Of a stretch of 64,000 nucleotides of DNA, positions 25,628 to 40,362 are shown in pieces. The stretch lies in assembly GCF_003334315.1 (NCBI RefSeq), contig NZ_QOWR01000006.1; one strand, written 5' to 3'. The number at the start of each line of letters is the position of its first letter. The first letter of the stretch is position 1. A program made the position numbers and the translations under genes. This stretch comes from Escherichia coli (lineage in GTDB: Bacteria > Pseudomonadota > Gammaproteobacteria > Enterobacterales > Enterobacteriaceae). Below the pieces are notes generated by a model that made no database searches, had not been told where the DNA came from, and saw only the letters and a list, made by a program, of their open reading frames with translations.

Positions 25628-26518
25628 ATGACAATATCGACAACTTCCACGCCGCATGATGCGGTATTTAAATCTTTTTTACGCCATCCAGACACCGCGC
25701 GGGATTTTATTGATATTCATCTTCCCGCGCCGCTGCGCAAACTGTGTGATTTAACGACGCTTAAACTGGAACCAAACAGTTTTATTGATGAAGACCTGCG
25801 GCAATATTATTCCGACCTCTTGTGGTCTGTGAAAACGCAGGAGGGAGTGGGTTATATTTATGTAGTGATAGAGCACCAAAGTAAGCCGGAAGAATTAATG
25901 GCTTTTCGCATGATGCGTTATTCCATTGCGGCAATGCAAAACCATCTTGATGCGGGCTATAAAGAGCTTCCATTGGTGATCCCGATGCTGTTTTATCATG
26001 GTTGCAGAAGTCCTTATCCTTATTCACTCTGCTGGCTTGATGAATTTGCCGAGCCTGCTATAGCCCGCAAAATATATTCATCGGCTTTTCCGTTGGTGGA
26101 TATTACCGTGGTGCCGGATGACGAGATTATGCAACACCGCAAAATGGCGCTGTTGGAGTTAATTCAGAAACATATTCGTCAGCGCGATCTGTTGGGATTA
26201 GTCGACCAAATTGTTTCGCTGCTAGTTACAGGGAACACTAATGACAGACAGCTAAAAGCCCTGTTTAATTACGTATTACAAACAGGGGATGCCCAGCGTT
26301 TTCGTGCATTTATTGGTGAGATAGCGGAACGCGCACCACAAGAAAAGGAGAAACTGATGACCATTGCTGACAGATTACGTGAAGAAGGCGCAATGCAGGG
26401 CAAACACGAAGAAGCCCTGCGTATTGCTCAGGAGATGCTGGATAGAGGTTTAGACAGAGAGTTAGTTATGATGGTGACCCGACTTTCACCAGACGATCTT
26501 ATCGCGCAAAGCCACTAA
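25628..26518 (+). CDS. rpnB: Rpn-family recombination-promoting nuclease RpnB (YfcI), 296 aa
   Basis: Recognised sequence of the YhgA/transposase_31-like PD-(D/E)XK family. Confidence 0.85.
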   Translation: MTISTTSTPHDAVFKSFLRHPDTARDFIDIHLPAPLRKLCDLTTLKLEPNSFIDEDLRQYYSDLLWSVKTQEGVGYIYVVIEHQSKPEELMAFRMMRYSIAAMQNHLDAGYKELPLVIPMLFYHGCRSPYPYSLCWLDEFAEPAIARKIYSSAFPLVDITVVPDDEIMQHRKMALLELIQKHIRQRDLLGLVDQIVSLLVTGNTNDRQLKALFNYVLQTGDAQRFRAFIGEIAERAPQEKEKLMTIADRLREEGAMQGKHEEALRIAQEMLDRGLDRELVMMVTRLSPDDLIAQSH

Positions 26519-26565
26519 TCCTGTAACACCGGGAGTTAACTGGCGGATGTTTGCTGTAAACCACA

Positions 26566-27459
26566 TCAGCGAACGACATCCGCCAGCGCCTCTTCTAAAT
26601 CGTACCAGCGAAACGCAAAACCCGCTTCTTCCAGCCGTTTAGGCAGCGCGCGTTGTCCACCTAATACCAGTACTGAAGATTCGCCCATTAACAGTCGAAT
26701 GGCGGTCGCGGGGACGCGCAAAATGGCCGGGCGATGCAGCGCATGACCGAGCGCATGGGCAAATTGTTCATTGCGTACCGGGTAGGGCGAAACCATATTA
26801 AATGGCCCGCGCAGCTCGTTATCCAGCAGCCAGAGAATACCGTTGACCATATCATCAATATGAATCCAGGCCAGATACTGCCGACCAGAGCCAATCGGCC
26901 CGCCCAGGCCAAGACGAAACGGCGGCAGCATTTTACCGAGAATACCGCCATCCGGTGCCAGCACTACACCGGTACGCAGCAGGCACACTCGCGTTTTGTC
27001 ACTTTGCGCCCGGCAGGCAATTTCTTCCCAGCGAGCGCAGAGTTTATGGGTAAATTCGTTATGCGGCGGTTCCTCTTCGGTAACCACCACTTCACCTAAG
27101 TCACCATAATAGCCCGTTGCCGAGCCGGAAATGAGTACCGACGGTGGCGTGTCGCTGGCATTAATCAAATCGACCAGTTTTTGCGTGATATTCCAGCGGC
27201 TTTGGCAGAGACGCTCTTTTTGCTCGTGAGTCCAGCGTTTATCAGCAATCGGTTCTCCGGCCAGGTTGATTACCGCATCAACGCCGTTGAGGTTGCTTTG
27301 ATCGGCAAGCCCTTGCCATAGTGTCACCCGAGGGCCGAGAACGGAACTGGCTTTCTGCGGGTTACGCGTCACTACCGTAATTTGATGGCCCAGCTCCAGC
27401 AAACGCGGAATCAAATGGCGACCAATTAATCCTGTCCCTCCGGTGATCACTATGTTCAT
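26566..27459 (-). CDS. yfcH: NAD-dependent epimerase-family protein YfcH, 297 aa
   Basis: N-terminal Rossmann motif [12 protein letters not shown]; recognised sequence. Confidence 0.9.
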
Positions 27460-27479
27460 GCAGCCTCCCGATATGGCGA

Positions 27480-27842
27480 TTAACGCTGCCAGCTTAAGGT
27501 CATGGATACCGAATCGGCGTAGCGCAGCGCGTGCAGTTTATCGATCTCCACTTCAGCATACGTCACCCAGTGATGTTCACGTGCGATATCGAGCACATCC
27601 TGAGTTAATTTTTCCAGCAAAGAGAAACGGTTATTCTCTACATGCTGAATAATGTTTTTCGTTACGGTGCGATAATTCAGCGCATCGTTGATATCTTCGC
27701 TAGTGCGCGCTTTATCGGCGGGGTAGTGGATCGTCACATTGATAACAATATCCTGACGGTTGTTAATTTCTTCTTCCTTAATTCCGATAAACGTACGCAA
27801 ACGAAGGTTCTTTATACGAATAATAGCGGCAGGTTGTGCCAT
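27480..27842 (-). CDS. folX: Dihydroneopterin triphosphate 2'-epimerase FolX, 120 aa
   Basis: Recognised sequence; 20 bp upstream of yfcH on the same strand. Confidence 0.93.
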
Positions 27843-27898
27843 TGCAGGTTCTCCGTTGTTTTACTTAGGATGAAATAATACACGAGAACCTGTTTCTG

Positions 27899-29375
<1,477 letters not shown>

Positions 29376-29378
29376 TGA

Positions 29379-29933
29379 GTGATGAAACTGATGTTTGCAT
29401 CGGACATTCATGGGTCGTTACCGGCGACGGAACGTGTTCTGGAGTTGTTTGCCCAAAGCGGTGCCCAGTGGCTGGTGATCCTTGGCGACGTGTTGAATCA
29501 CGGCCCGCGTAATGCTTTACCGGAGGGTTACGCGCCAGCCAAAGTCGCTGAACGGCTTAATGAAGTGGCACATAAGGTTATCGCTGTGCGCGGCAACTGC
29601 GACAGCGAAGTGGATCAAATGCTGCTGCATTTCCCGATAACCGCGCCGTGGCAACAGGTATTACTGGAAAAACAACGTCTGTTTTTGACGCATGGTCATC
29701 TTTTTGGCCCGGAAAATCTGCCTGCTTTAAACCAGAACGATGTGCTGGTGTACGGTCATACCCATCTGCCAGTGGCAGAACAGCGGGGGGAGATTTTCCA
29801 CTTCAACCCCGGCTCGGTGAGTATTCCGAAAGGCGGTAATCCGGCGAGTTATGGCATGCTGGATAATGACGTACTTAGTGTAATCGCACTCAATGATCAA
29901 AGTATCATTGCGCAGGTCGCGATTAATCCGTAA
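29379..29933 (+). CDS. yfcE: Mn-dependent phosphodiesterase YfcE, 184 aa
   Basis: Calcineurin-like metallophosphoesterase motifs (DIHG, GDVLNHG, GHTH). Confidence 0.9.
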   Translation: MMKLMFASDIHGSLPATERVLELFAQSGAQWLVILGDVLNHGPRNALPEGYAPAKVAERLNEVAHKVIAVRGNCDSEVDQMLLHFPITAPWQQVLLEKQRLFLTHGHLFGPENLPALNQNDVLVYGHTHLPVAEQRGEIFHFNPGSVSIPKGGNPASYGMLDNDVLSVIALNDQSIIAQVAINP

Positions 29934-29990
29934 TTTACCCACAACTCAAAATGCGCCGTAAGAGCGCCAGAAAAAGAAGGTTTCCTGATA

Positions 29991-30533
29991 ATGGAACAGC
30001 GTCGTTTGGCAAGTACTGAATGGGTGGATATTGTCAATGAAGAGAACGAAGTCATTGCACAAGCCAGCCGGGAACAAATGCGGGCACAGTGTCTGCGTCA
30101 TCGTGCAACTTACATCGTCGTGCATGATGGCATGGGCAAAATTCTGGTCCAGCGTCGTACCGAGACAAAAGACTTTTTACCCGGCATGTTAGATGCGACC
30201 GCAGGCGGTGTAGTCCAGGCCGATGAGCAACTGCTGGAATCCGCGCGTCGCGAAGCGGAAGAAGAGTTGGGCATTGCCGGTGTCCCCTTTGCCGAGCACG
30301 GGCAGTTCTATTTCGAAGATAAAAATTGCCGTGTCTGGGGCGCATTGTTCAGCTGCGTCTCTCACGGTCCCTTCGCACTACAGGAAGATGAAGTCAGTGA
30401 AGTTTGCTGGCTGACGCCGGAAGAAATCACCGCACGCTGCGATGAGTTCACTCCAGACTCGCTGAAAGCGCTAGCGTTGTGGATGAAGCGCAATGCCAAA
30501 AATGAAGCCGTAGAGACTGAAACGGCAGAATGA
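29991..30533 (+). CDS. yfcD: Nudix hydrolase YfcD, 180 aa
   Basis: Nudix box-like segment ([24 protein letters not shown]); recognised sequence. Confidence 0.9.
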
Positions 30534-30537
30534 AAAA

Positions 30538-30557
30538 AGAGCCGCAATTGCGGCTCT
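30538..30557. terminator. Bidirectional intrinsic terminator between convergent yfcD and yfcC
   Basis: agagccgc-aatt-gcggctct hairpin flanked by an A-run upstream and a T-run downstream. Confidence 0.7.
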
Positions 30558-30565
30558 TAACATTT

Positions 30566-32086
30566 TTAGTGGTAGCCCATCAACTGAGCGCCGATCACTA
30601 CGACGCTGGACATAATAAACAGCAGTCCAAGTAGGGTCGCGCCCACCTTCAGCCAGTTACGGAAGTCCACCCTGCACACACCGAGCGTTGCCATTAACGA
30701 CGCTGAGGTTGGGTAAATGATGTGACTGAAGCCATCACCAAACTGGAACGCCAGCACGGTAACCTGACGGTTAACACCGACCAGATCGCCAAGCGGTGCC
30801 AGTAACGGCATGGTTAACGCCGCCTGACCAGAACCGGACGTCACGAAGAAATTAAATACCGCCTGGAAGAGCAACATAAACCAGGCCGCGACCGCGTTGT
30901 CCAGACCGCTAATGGCATTGGCAATGCTGTTGAGGATGGTATTTAACACGCTGGCATCACCCGCTTCACCATTACCGACCAGCAGCAAAATCCCTTTGGC
31001 GAAACCCACCAGCAGGGCAGGGGCGATCATCATTCGCGCCCCTTCGGTAAAGGATGAAGCCATGGTATTAACCGTCATGCCGTTAAGGCGGAAAACAACG
31101 CCGATGATGCCAATCACCAGACCCATGGTGAAGAACTGGCTGGCAATTTCTGGAATAAACCAGGCATTAACGATCACGCCCCAAATCACCCAGACCATTA
31201 CGGCGGTCAGGACAATCAATACCAGCCAGTCACCAAAGGTAAACGGACGTTGTTCAACATCAGCCTGCTTTTCACGAAAGAAGCGGTCGGACTCATGCAC
31301 GCGTGACAGAAGAGGATTCTTTTTCACTCGTGAGGCGTACACCATGGTAAAGATCAGGCCAATCAGAGTGGCGATAACCCACACCACGATGCGCAACCCG
31401 GAGCCAGAAAGCACCGGAACGCCGGCAATCCCCTGAGCAACGACCACACAAAACGGGTTCATCCACGAACTGGCAAAACCGATTTGCGTGGCAATATAGG
31501 TCACCAGGACGGTGGTAATACTGTCATAGCCCAGCCGGACCATTAGCGGTGCGATGATAATGGCAAAGGCGACGGCCTCTTCTCCCATACCAAATACCGC
31601 GCCGCCAAGTGAAAACAGAATAAACAGCGCAGGAATAAAGAGAATTTCATTCCCGCGGGTATGGCGAATAAGCGCCAGGATACCGTTATCAATGGTTCCT
31701 GTACGCATCACAATGCCAAACGCGCCGCCAATCACCAGCATAAACATGATGATGCCAACGGCTGTCCCGTATTTCGATCCTGAGGTTAATCCTTCAAACG
31801 GGAAGTTCATCAGGCCCGGGCGTTCATCGCCCGTCGTGAACAGCTGTACGCGGTGATACTCAGGTTCGCCTGCTTCGTTAGTCAGAATGCGAAATGAGTG
31901 TGGATCTACGACTTTGCGTGTTTTTGTTTGACCATCAACCTGATACTGCACTTCCTGACTGTCAAACATCCCCACCGGAACTACCCAGGTGGCAAGGCTG
32001 GTTAAAATAGCAACAAAAAAGATAATCACCAACGTATCGGGCATTGCCCATCTTCTTGTTGGTTTGGATTCAGTGATTGCGGACAT
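30566..32086 (-). CDS. yfcC: Inner membrane transporter YfcC (DcuC-like C4-dicarboxylate anaerobic carrier family), 506 aa
   Basis: ORF 30566..32107 trimmed to ATG at 32086 (MSAITESKPTRRW...); polytopic membrane protein. Confidence 0.85.
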   Translation of the reverse strand: MSAITESKPTRRWAMPDTLVIIFFVAILTSLATWVVPVGMFDSQEVQYQVDGQTKTRKVVDPHSFRILTNEAGEPEYHRVQLFTTGDERPGLMNFPFEGLTSGSKYGTAVGIIMFMLVIGGAFGIVMRTGTIDNGILALIRHTRGNEILFIPALFILFSLGGAVFGMGEEAVAFAIIIAPLMVRLGYDSITTVLVTYIATQIGFASSWMNPFCVVVAQGIAGVPVLSGSGLRIVVWVIATLIGLIFTMVYASRVKKNPLLSRVHESDRFFREKQADVEQRPFTFGDWLVLIVLTAVMVWVIWGVIVNAWFIPEIASQFFTMGLVIGIIGVVFRLNGMTVNTMASSFTEGARMMIAPALLVGFAKGILLLVGNGEAGDASVLNTILNSIANAISGLDNAVAAWFMLLFQAVFNFFVTSGSGQAALTMPLLAPLGDLVGVNRQVTVLAFQFGDGFSHIIYPTSASLMATLGVCRVDFRNWLKVGATLLGLLFIMSSVVVIGAQLMGYH

Positions 32087-32275
32087 AGCGCAAATATTCC
32101 CTTGCACAAAACAAAGTGGTAAGTATGCAAAGTGGGATGGCGCAATTCATTGATGCAGCGCAGTTAAGCAAGATAATCAGAAAGGATTAATGCAAATTAA
32201 GAGAATAAAAAACCGGAAATAGTGATTATTTCCGGTTCAGATATCCGCAGCGCAAAGCTGCGGATGATGACGAGA

Positions 32276-34420
32276 TTACTGCTGCTGTGCAGACTGAATC
32301 GCAGTCAGCGCGATGGTGTAGACGATATCGTCAACCAGTGCGCCACGGGACAGGTCGTTAACCGGCTTGCGCATACCCTGCAGCATCGGCCCGATGGAGA
32401 TCAGGTCGGCAGAACGCTGTACCGCTTTGTAGGTGGTGTTACCGGTGTTCAGATCCGGGAAGATGAACACGGTAGCGCGACCTGCAACCGGAGAGTTCGG
32501 CGCTTTGGATTTCGCAACGTCAGCCATTACCGCAGCGTCGTACTGCAGCGGACCGTCGATCATCAGGTCAGGACGTTTTTCCTGCGCCAGACGAGTTGCT
32601 TCGCGAACTTTTTCTACGTCGCTACCTGCACCAGAAGTACCGGTGGAGTAGGAGAGCATAGCAACGCGCGGTTCGATACCGAAGGCCGCAGCGGAATCAG
32701 CGGACTGAATCGCGATTTCTGCCAGCTGTTCAGCGGTCGGATCCGGGTTGATCGCACAGTCACCGTAAACGTAAACCTGTTCCGGCAGCAGCATGAAGAA
32801 CACGGAAGATACCAGGGAGCTGCCCGGTGCAGTTTTGATCAGCTGCAGCGGCGGACGGATGGTGTTTGCGGTAGTGTGAACAGCACCGGAAACCAGACCA
32901 TCAACTTCATCCTGTTCCAGCATCAGCGTACCGAGCACCACGTTGTCTTCCAGCTGTTCGCGGGCAACGGTTTCGGTCATGCCTTTGTTCTTACGCAGTT
33001 CGACCAGACGACCAACATAGCTTTCGCGAACCACTTCTGGATCAACGATTTCAATCCCTGCACCCAGTTCTACACCCTGAGACGCTGCAACACGGTTGAT
33101 CTCTGCCGGATTACCCAGCAGTACGCAAGTTGCGATACCACGTTCAGCACAGATAGCGGCTGCTTTAACGGTACGCGGTTCGTCACCTTCCGGCAGTACG
33201 ATACGTTTGCCCGCTTTGCGCGCAAGTTCAGTCAGCTGATAACGGAACGCAGGCGGAGACAGACGACGGCTGCGCTCAGAAGTGGCAGTCAGAGATTCGA
33301 TCCAGTCAGCGTTGATGTAGTTAGCAACGTATTCCTGAACTTTCTCGATACGTTCGTGATCGTCAACCGGAACTTCCAGGTTGAAGCTCTGCAGGCTCAG
33401 AGAGGTCTGCCAGGTGTTGGTGTTCACCATAAATACCGGCAGGCCGGTAGCGAAAGCACGTTCGCACAGTTTAGAAATGCGCGCGTCCATTTCGTAACCG
33501 CCAGTCAGCAGCAGGGCACCGATTTCTACGCCGTTCATGGCTGCCAGGCAAGCGGCCACCAGCACGTCAGGACGGTCTGCGGAAGTCACCAGCAGAGAAC
33601 CGGCACGGAAGTGCTCCAGCATGTGCGGAATGCTGCGTGCGCAGAAAGTGACGGATTTAACGCGGCGAGTATTGATGTCGCCTTCGTTGATGATGGTCGC
33701 ATTCAGGTGGCGAGCCATATCGATCGCACGAGTCGCGATCAGGTCAAAGCTCCACGGCACAGCGCCGAGAACCGGCAGCGGGCTGGATTCTTGCAGCTTC
33801 GCCGGATCAACATTGTTTACTTTAGCTTTGGAAGAGTCGTCGAAAATCTCGGACAGATCCGGGCGAGTACGACCCTGTTCATCAACCGGTGCGTTCAGTT
33901 TGTTAACGATAACGCCGGTGATGTTGGTGTTTTTGGCACCGCCGAAGCTGTTGCGGGTCAGTTCGATACGCTCTTTCAGCTGTTCCGGGGTGTCAGTGCC
34001 CTGAGACATAACGAAGACGATTTCCGCATTCAGCGTTTTAGCGATTTCGTAGTTCAGAGACTGGGCAAACTGGTGCTTACGTGTCGGGACCAGACCTTCA
34101 ACCAGAACGACTTCAGCGTCTTTGGTGTTAGCGTGGTAGTTTGCGACGATCTCTTCCATCAGCACATCTTTCTGATTGCTGGAAAGCAGACCTTCAACGT
34201 AGCTCATTTTCAGCGGTTCAGCGGCCGTCGTGGTGGAAGAGTTCGCACGCACGATAGTCGTAGTCTGATCGGGCGCATCGCCACCGGTACGCGGCTGAGC
34301 GATAGGTTTGAAAACGCTCAGACGAACGCCTTTGCGTTCCATTGCACGGATCACGCCAAGGCTGACGCTGGTCAGACCGACGCTGGTTCCGGTAGGGATC
34401 AGCATAATAATACGGGACAC
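32276..34420 (-). CDS. pta: Phosphate acetyltransferase Pta, 714 aa
   Basis: Recognised sequence; three-domain Pta architecture; downstream of ackA on the same strand. Confidence 0.97.
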
Positions 34421-34494
34421 GGTTTATCCTCTTTCGTTACCGCCGATTTGGCGGGTTACAAAACAGCACCGCCAGCTGAGCTGGCGGTGTGAAA

Positions 34495-35697
34495 TCAGGC
34501 AGTCAGGCGGCTCGCGTCTTGCGCGATAACCAGTTCTTCGTTGGTTGGGATAACCACCGCAGGACGGGTACCTTCTTTGTTGATGAAACCAGATTTGCCG
34601 AAACGTGCAGCCAGGTTGCGTTCATGATCAACTTCAAAGCCCAGCACGCCCAGTTTGCCCAGAGACAGTTCACGAACCATTGCGGCATTTTCACCGATAC
34701 CACCAGTGAATACAACAGCGTCCAGACGACCATCCATCAGCGCAGTGTAGGCACCGATGTATTTCGCCAGGCGGTGGCAGTAAACGTCCATTGCGCGCTT
34801 CGCGTCTTCTTTCGTCGCGTAGTTGTCTTCAACATAGCGGCAGTCGCTGGTCACTTCGGTCAGACCCAGCAGGCCAGACTCTTTGGTCAGCAGTTTGTTG
34901 ATTGCGTCAACGCTCATGCCCAGGGTGTCGTGCAGGTGGAAGATGATCGCCGGATCGATATCACCAGAACGGGTACCCATGACCAGACCTTCCAGCGGGG
35001 TCAGGCCCATAGAGGTGTCAACGCATTTACCGTTGCGGATAGCAGAAACGGAACCACCGTTGCCCAGGTGGCAGGTGATGATGTTCAGTTCTTCTACCGG
35101 TTTGTTCAGCATTTTTGCCGCTTCCTGGGTTACATAGAAGTGGCTGGTGCCGTGCGCGCCGTAACGACGGATGCCGTGCTCTTTGTACAGGTTGTAAGGC
35201 AGGGCGTAGAGGTAAGACTCTTCCGGCATAGTCTGGTGGAACGCGGTGTCAAATACAGCAACGTTTTTGTCTTTCAGCTGTGGGAAAGATTTCAGAGCTT
35301 CTTCGATACCGATCAGGTGAGCCGGGTTGTGCAGCGGTGCAAAAGAAGCTGCATCTTTGATACCCTGAATAACAGACTCATCGATCACTACGGAGCTGGT
35401 ATACTTTTCGCCGCCGTGTACGATACGGTGACCGATAGCAGTCAGCTGCGCAGACAGTTCTGGTTTTTGTGCCAGAATAGTATTAACGATAAAGTTGAGC
35501 GCTTCGCTGTGAGCGGCGCCTGCACCTAAAGCCGCTTCCTGTTTATTGCCGTCCATTTTCCATTTGATACGTGCTTCGGGCAGGTGGAAACATTCGGCTA
35601 AACCAGAAAGGTACTCTTCACCATTTACTGCATCGATGATGGCAAATTTCAGTGAAGAACTACCGCAGTTCAGAACCAGTACTAACTTACTCGACAT
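34495..35697 (-). CDS. ackA: Acetate kinase AckA, 400 aa
   Basis: Recognised sequence ([20 protein letters not shown]...). Confidence 0.97.
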   Translation of the reverse strand: MSSKLVLVLNCGSSSLKFAIIDAVNGEEYLSGLAECFHLPEARIKWKMDGNKQEAALGAGAAHSEALNFIVNTILAQKPELSAQLTAIGHRIVHGGEKYTSSVVIDESVIQGIKDAASFAPLHNPAHLIGIEEALKSFPQLKDKNVAVFDTAFHQTMPEESYLYALPYNLYKEHGIRRYGAHGTSHFYVTQEAAKMLNKPVEELNIITCHLGNGGSVSAIRNGKCVDTSMGLTPLEGLVMGTRSGDIDPAIIFHLHDTLGMSVDAINKLLTKESGLLGLTEVTSDCRYVEDNYATKEDAKRAMDVYCHRLAKYIGAYTALMDGRLDAVVFTGGIGENAAMVRELSLGKLGVLGFEVDHERNLAARFGKSGFINKEGTRPAVVIPTNEELVIAQDASRLTA

Positions 35698-36034
35698 GGA
35701 AGTACCTATAATTGATACGTGGCTAAAAAAACGTCAGGGAGCCATAGAGCGTAGCGCATGATGACACCGACATTTATGATTAACATCATGCACTGCAAAT
35801 TTTTTTTGCATGATGGAAGAAATATCTTGAGTCTATGCCATTTTGCGTAATTTTCAGCCAATGGCATAATGTATATGAATTTGACGACTCAATGAATATG
35901 TACTACTTAGGCCTTCAGGCTGCTAAAGGATACCTGATAGTGGGTATGGAAGACAAAATGTTTTGAACGTTGTCCCGCTGAGTTGTGAATTTGCACAAAT
36001 TTTTGAATCTTTGTATGTGAAGTTGAGGTGAGGC

Positions 36035-36490
36035 ATGTCAACGCCGGATAATCGTTCTGTTAATTTTTTTAGCTTGTTTCGCCGGGGACAGCATTACTCA
36101 AAGACGTGGCCGCTGGAAAAACGCCTTGCCCCGGTCTTTGTCGAAAATCGCGTTATCAAGATGACGCGTTATGCGATCCGTTTTATGCCGCCGATCGCCG
36201 TATTTACTCTCTGCTGGCAGATTGCCCTGGGCGGTCAGCTTGGGCCGGCAGTTGCCACTGCCCTGTTCGCCTTAAGTTTACCCATGCAGGGATTGTGGTG
36301 GCTGGGCAAGCGTTCTGTCACGCCATTACCCCCTGCAATCCTTAACTGGTTTTATGAAGTTCGCGGTAAATTGCAGGAGTCTGGACAGGTGTTGGCACCC
36401 GTTGAAGGCAAGCCTGATTACCAGGCATTAGCTGACACGCTTAAGCGCGCCTTCAAACAACTGGATAAAACTTTCCTTGATGATTTGTAA
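36035..36490 (+). CDS. yfbV: UPF0208 inner membrane protein YfbV, 151 aa
   Basis: Recognised sequence; divergent from ackA. Confidence 0.88.
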
Positions 36491-36494
36491 TTGA

Positions 36495-37067
<573 letters not shown>

Positions 37068-37077
37068 GGAGGCCCGC

Positions 37078-37728
37078 GTGCGGTGCAAAGGTTTTCTGTT
37101 TGATCTTGATGGAACGCTGGTGGATTCCCTGCCTGCGGTAGAACGGGCGTGGAGCAACTGGTCCAGACGTCATGGGTTAGCGCCGGAAGAGGTGCTGGCT
37201 TTCATTCACGGTAAACAGGCGATCACCTCTCTGCGCCATTTTATGGCGGGCAAATCCGAGGCTGATATTGCCGCCGAGTTTACGCGTCTGGAGCACATTG
37301 AGGCCACGGAAACCGAAGGTATTACCGCGCTTCCGGGGGCAATCGCCTTACTCAGTCATTTGAATAAAGCAGGTATTCCGTGGGCCATTGTGACTTCTGG
37401 CTCCATGCCGGTAGCGCGAGCGCGCCATAAAATAGCTGGGCTTCCCGCACCAGAGGTGTTTGTAACCGCTGAGCGAGTGAAGCGCGGAAAACCAGAACCT
37501 GATGCGTATCTGTTAGGCGCGCAGCTGCTGGGGCTTGCGCCGCAGGAGTGTGTGGTGGTGGAAGATGCTCCCGCTGGCGTGCTTTCTGGCCTGGCGGCGG
37601 GTTGTCATGTCATTGCGGTTAACGCTCCGGCAGATACCCCGCGCCTGAATGAGGTCGATTTGGTCCTCCACAGTCTGGAGCAAATTACTGTGACCAAACA
37701 GCCAAATGGCGATGTTATTATTCAGTGA
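37078..37728 (+). CDS. hxpA: HAD-family sugar/hexitol phosphatase YfbT (HxpA), 216 aa
   Basis: ORF 37060..37728 trimmed to GTG at 37078 after GAGGAGG; HAD motif I FLFDLDGTLVDS. Confidence 0.88.
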   Translation: MRCKGFLFDLDGTLVDSLPAVERAWSNWSRRHGLAPEEVLAFIHGKQAITSLRHFMAGKSEADIAAEFTRLEHIEATETEGITALPGAIALLSHLNKAGIPWAIVTSGSMPVARARHKIAGLPAPEVFVTAERVKRGKPEPDAYLLGAQLLGLAPQECVVVEDAPAGVLSGLAAGCHVIAVNAPADTPRLNEVDLVLHSLEQITVTKQPNGDVIIQ

Positions 37729-37746
37729 AACACCTGATCATGATTT

Positions 37747-37771
37747 AGCCCCGTCTCGTCGGGGCTTTTTT
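37747..37771 (+). terminator. Intrinsic terminator downstream of yfbT
   Basis: agccccg-tctcgt-cggggct hairpin followed by ttttt. Confidence 0.75.
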
Positions 37772-37814
37772 ATGGCAGAATCAAGTCATCCCCCTCAATT
37801 AACAAGGATAAGTT

Positions 37815-39647
37815 GTGAACGGTGAATTGATTTGGGTTCTTTCATTACTGGCCGTTGCCATCGTCTTGTTTGCGACGGGCAGAGTGCGTATGGATGCGGT
37901 CGCTTTGTTTGTTATTGTCGCGTTTGCATTAAGCGGAACGCTGACAGTCCCAGAAGTATTTTCCGGCTTTTCTGATCCTAACGTTGTCCTGATTGCCGCC
38001 TTGTTTATTATTGGCGATGGTTTGGTCCGTACCGGTGTTGCCACCGTAATGGGAACATGGCTGGTCAAAGTTGCGGGCAATAGTGAAATCAAAATGTTGG
38101 TTTTGTTGATGCTGACCGTCGCGGGGCTTGGCGCGTTTATGAGTTCAACCGGCGTTGTCGCTATCTTTATTCCCGTGGTGTTAAGCGTTGCCATGCGTAT
38201 GCAAACGTCGCCGTCACGTCTGATGATGCCGTTAAGTTTTGCCGGGCTGATTAGCGGCATGATGACGCTGGTGGCGACGCCGCCGAACCTGGTAGTCAAC
38301 AGTGAATTGCTGCGTGAAGGCTATCACGGCTTCAGTTTCTTTAGCGTAACACCTATTGGCCTGGTCGTGCTGGTGCTGGGTATTTTGTATATGTTAGTGA
38401 TGCGTTTCATGCTGAAAGGGGATACCCAGACCCCGCAGCGCGAAGGCTGGACGCGTCGAACCTTTCGCGATCTTATCCGTGAATATCGACTGACCGGGCG
38501 TGCGCGACGTCTGGCTATTCGCCCCGGATCGCCAATGATTGGTCAACGGCTGGATGATCTCAAATTACGTGAGCGTTATGGCGCTAACGTCATCGGTGTT
38601 GAACGCTGGCGGCGTTTTCGTCGCGTTATCGTGAACGTTAATGGGGTTTCTGAATTTCGCGCGCGTGACGTTTTGCTTATTGATATGTCTGCGGCTGATG
38701 TCGATCTCCGGCAATTTTGTAGTGAGCAATTGCTGGAGCCGATGGTACTGCGCGGCGAGTATTTTTCTGACCAGGCCCTTGATGTGGGCATGGCAGAGAT
38801 TTCATTAATTCCTGAGTCAGAACTGATTGGTAAATCGGTGCGCGAAATTGGTTTTCGTACCCGCTACGGACTGAATGTGGTGGGGCTAAAGCGCAATGGC
38901 GTGGCGCTGGAAGGTTCGCTGGCGGATGAGCCTCTGCTGCTGGGCGATATCATCCTGGTTGTGGGTAACTGGAAACTGATCGGTATGCTGGCCAAACAGG
39001 GCCGCGACTTCGTAGCGCTGAACTTACCGGAAGAGGTGAGTGAAGCATCACCCGCGCACAGCCAGGCACCCCATGCCATTTTCTGTCTGGTGCTAATGGT
39101 GGCGTTAATGCTGACAGATGAAATTCCTAATCCTGTTGCCGCTATCATCGCCTGCCTGCTGATGGGGAAATTCCGCTGTATAGATGCTGAAAGCGCCTAT
39201 AAATCCATTCACTGGCCGAGCATTATTTTGATCGTTGGGATGATGCCGTTTGCTGTGGCATTACAGAAAACGGGAGGTGTCGCGCTGGCGGTGAAAGGGC
39301 TGATGGACATTGGCGGTGGTTACGGGCCACATATGATGCTGGGGTGTTTGTTTGTCTTGTCGGCGGTTATTGGGCTATTTATCTCTAATACCGCGACGGC
39401 GGTGTTGATGGCTCCGATTGCGCTGGCTGCTGCCAAAACGATGGGGGTGTCGCCTTATCCATTCGCGATGGTCGTGGCGATGGCAGCATCCGCCGCCTTT
39501 ATGACACCGGTTTCTTCACCTGTTAACACACTGGTTTTAGGTCCGGGAAATTACAGCTTCAGTGACTTTGTGAAGTTGGGGGTACCGTTCACCATTATCG
39601 TGATGGCGGTTTGTGTGGTGATGATCCCGATGCTGTTTCCGTTTTGA
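37815..39647 (+). CDS. yfbS: Putative DASS/SLC13-type transporter with central TrkA-C domains, YfbS, 610 aa
   Basis: GTG start; two hydrophobic halves separated by a soluble region; recognised sequence. Confidence 0.88.
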
Positions 39648-39679
39648 CAAGAGCCTGATGCGACGCAGACTCCGGCTGC

Positions 39680-40279
39680 TTACAGCGGTGAATCCTGGCT
39701 AATCTCATCGAGCGAAAGATGGAAGCTGGGAACAAATATTTCCATGAAGTAGTCCATCTCCTGGCTGCGACGCGCTTCAAGCGTCGCTTCCAGTCGCGTT
39801 TTTGCCAGCAAGAATTCATTATTTCCGGCCGCGAGTTCTTCCAGACATTTCAGATATGCACACAGTGCATCTGCCTGTTTCACCAGCGATTTTTCTTCAT
39901 CGCTATATGCATGCTCGTCAATTAACGGCGCAAAGATATCCCGCAGCTCTTCCGGAACCATATCGACCAGTTTTTGCTGAGCGATTTTTTCAATAGCCTT
40001 GTACTCCTGAGCGATTTGCGAATTGAAGTATTTCACCGGAGTAGGGAGATCGCCGGTGAGCACTTCTGAGGCATCGTGGTACATCGCCAGTAAAGCGATA
40101 CGTTCGGCGTTGACATTACCGCCAAATTTTCGATTTTTGATAGCTGCCAGCGCATGGGCGACCATCGCTACCTGCAAACTGTGTTCGGACACATTTTCCG
40201 TCAGCACGTTGCGCATTAGCGGCCAGCGGTTAATGAGTTTCAGGCGGGAGAGATGGGCAAAAAAATGGCTCTGTTTCAT
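39680..40279 (-). CDS. yfbR: 5'-deoxynucleotidase YfbR (HD domain), 199 aa
   Basis: HD-domain residues ([29 protein letters not shown]); recognised sequence. Confidence 0.93.
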   Translation of the reverse strand: MKQSHFFAHLSRLKLINRWPLMRNVLTENVSEHSLQVAMVAHALAAIKNRKFGGNVNAERIALLAMYHDASEVLTGDLPTPVKYFNSQIAQEYKAIEKIAQQKLVDMVPEELRDIFAPLIDEHAYSDEEKSLVKQADALCAYLKCLEELAAGNNEFLLAKTRLEATLEARRSQEMDYFMEIFVPSFHLSLDEISQDSPL

Positions 40280-40362
40280 AGTGACCTTACGTATGATGAC
40301 ATCATCAGGTCATTGTGGCGGGATAACGCTGCCGGATGCAATCTCCGGCAGTGAAATTAAGA

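Noticed and set aside
32222-34492. 756-aa ORF on the + strand, antisense to pta; similar long antisense ORFs at 7652..8887 (fabB), 34489..35529 (ackA), 45986..46996 (nuoC) and 49258..50256 (nuoG).
   Set aside because: They sit entirely opposite well-recognised genes, have Arg/Gln/His-rich low-complexity translations and no start context. These are shadow ORFs produced by codon bias on the coding strand.
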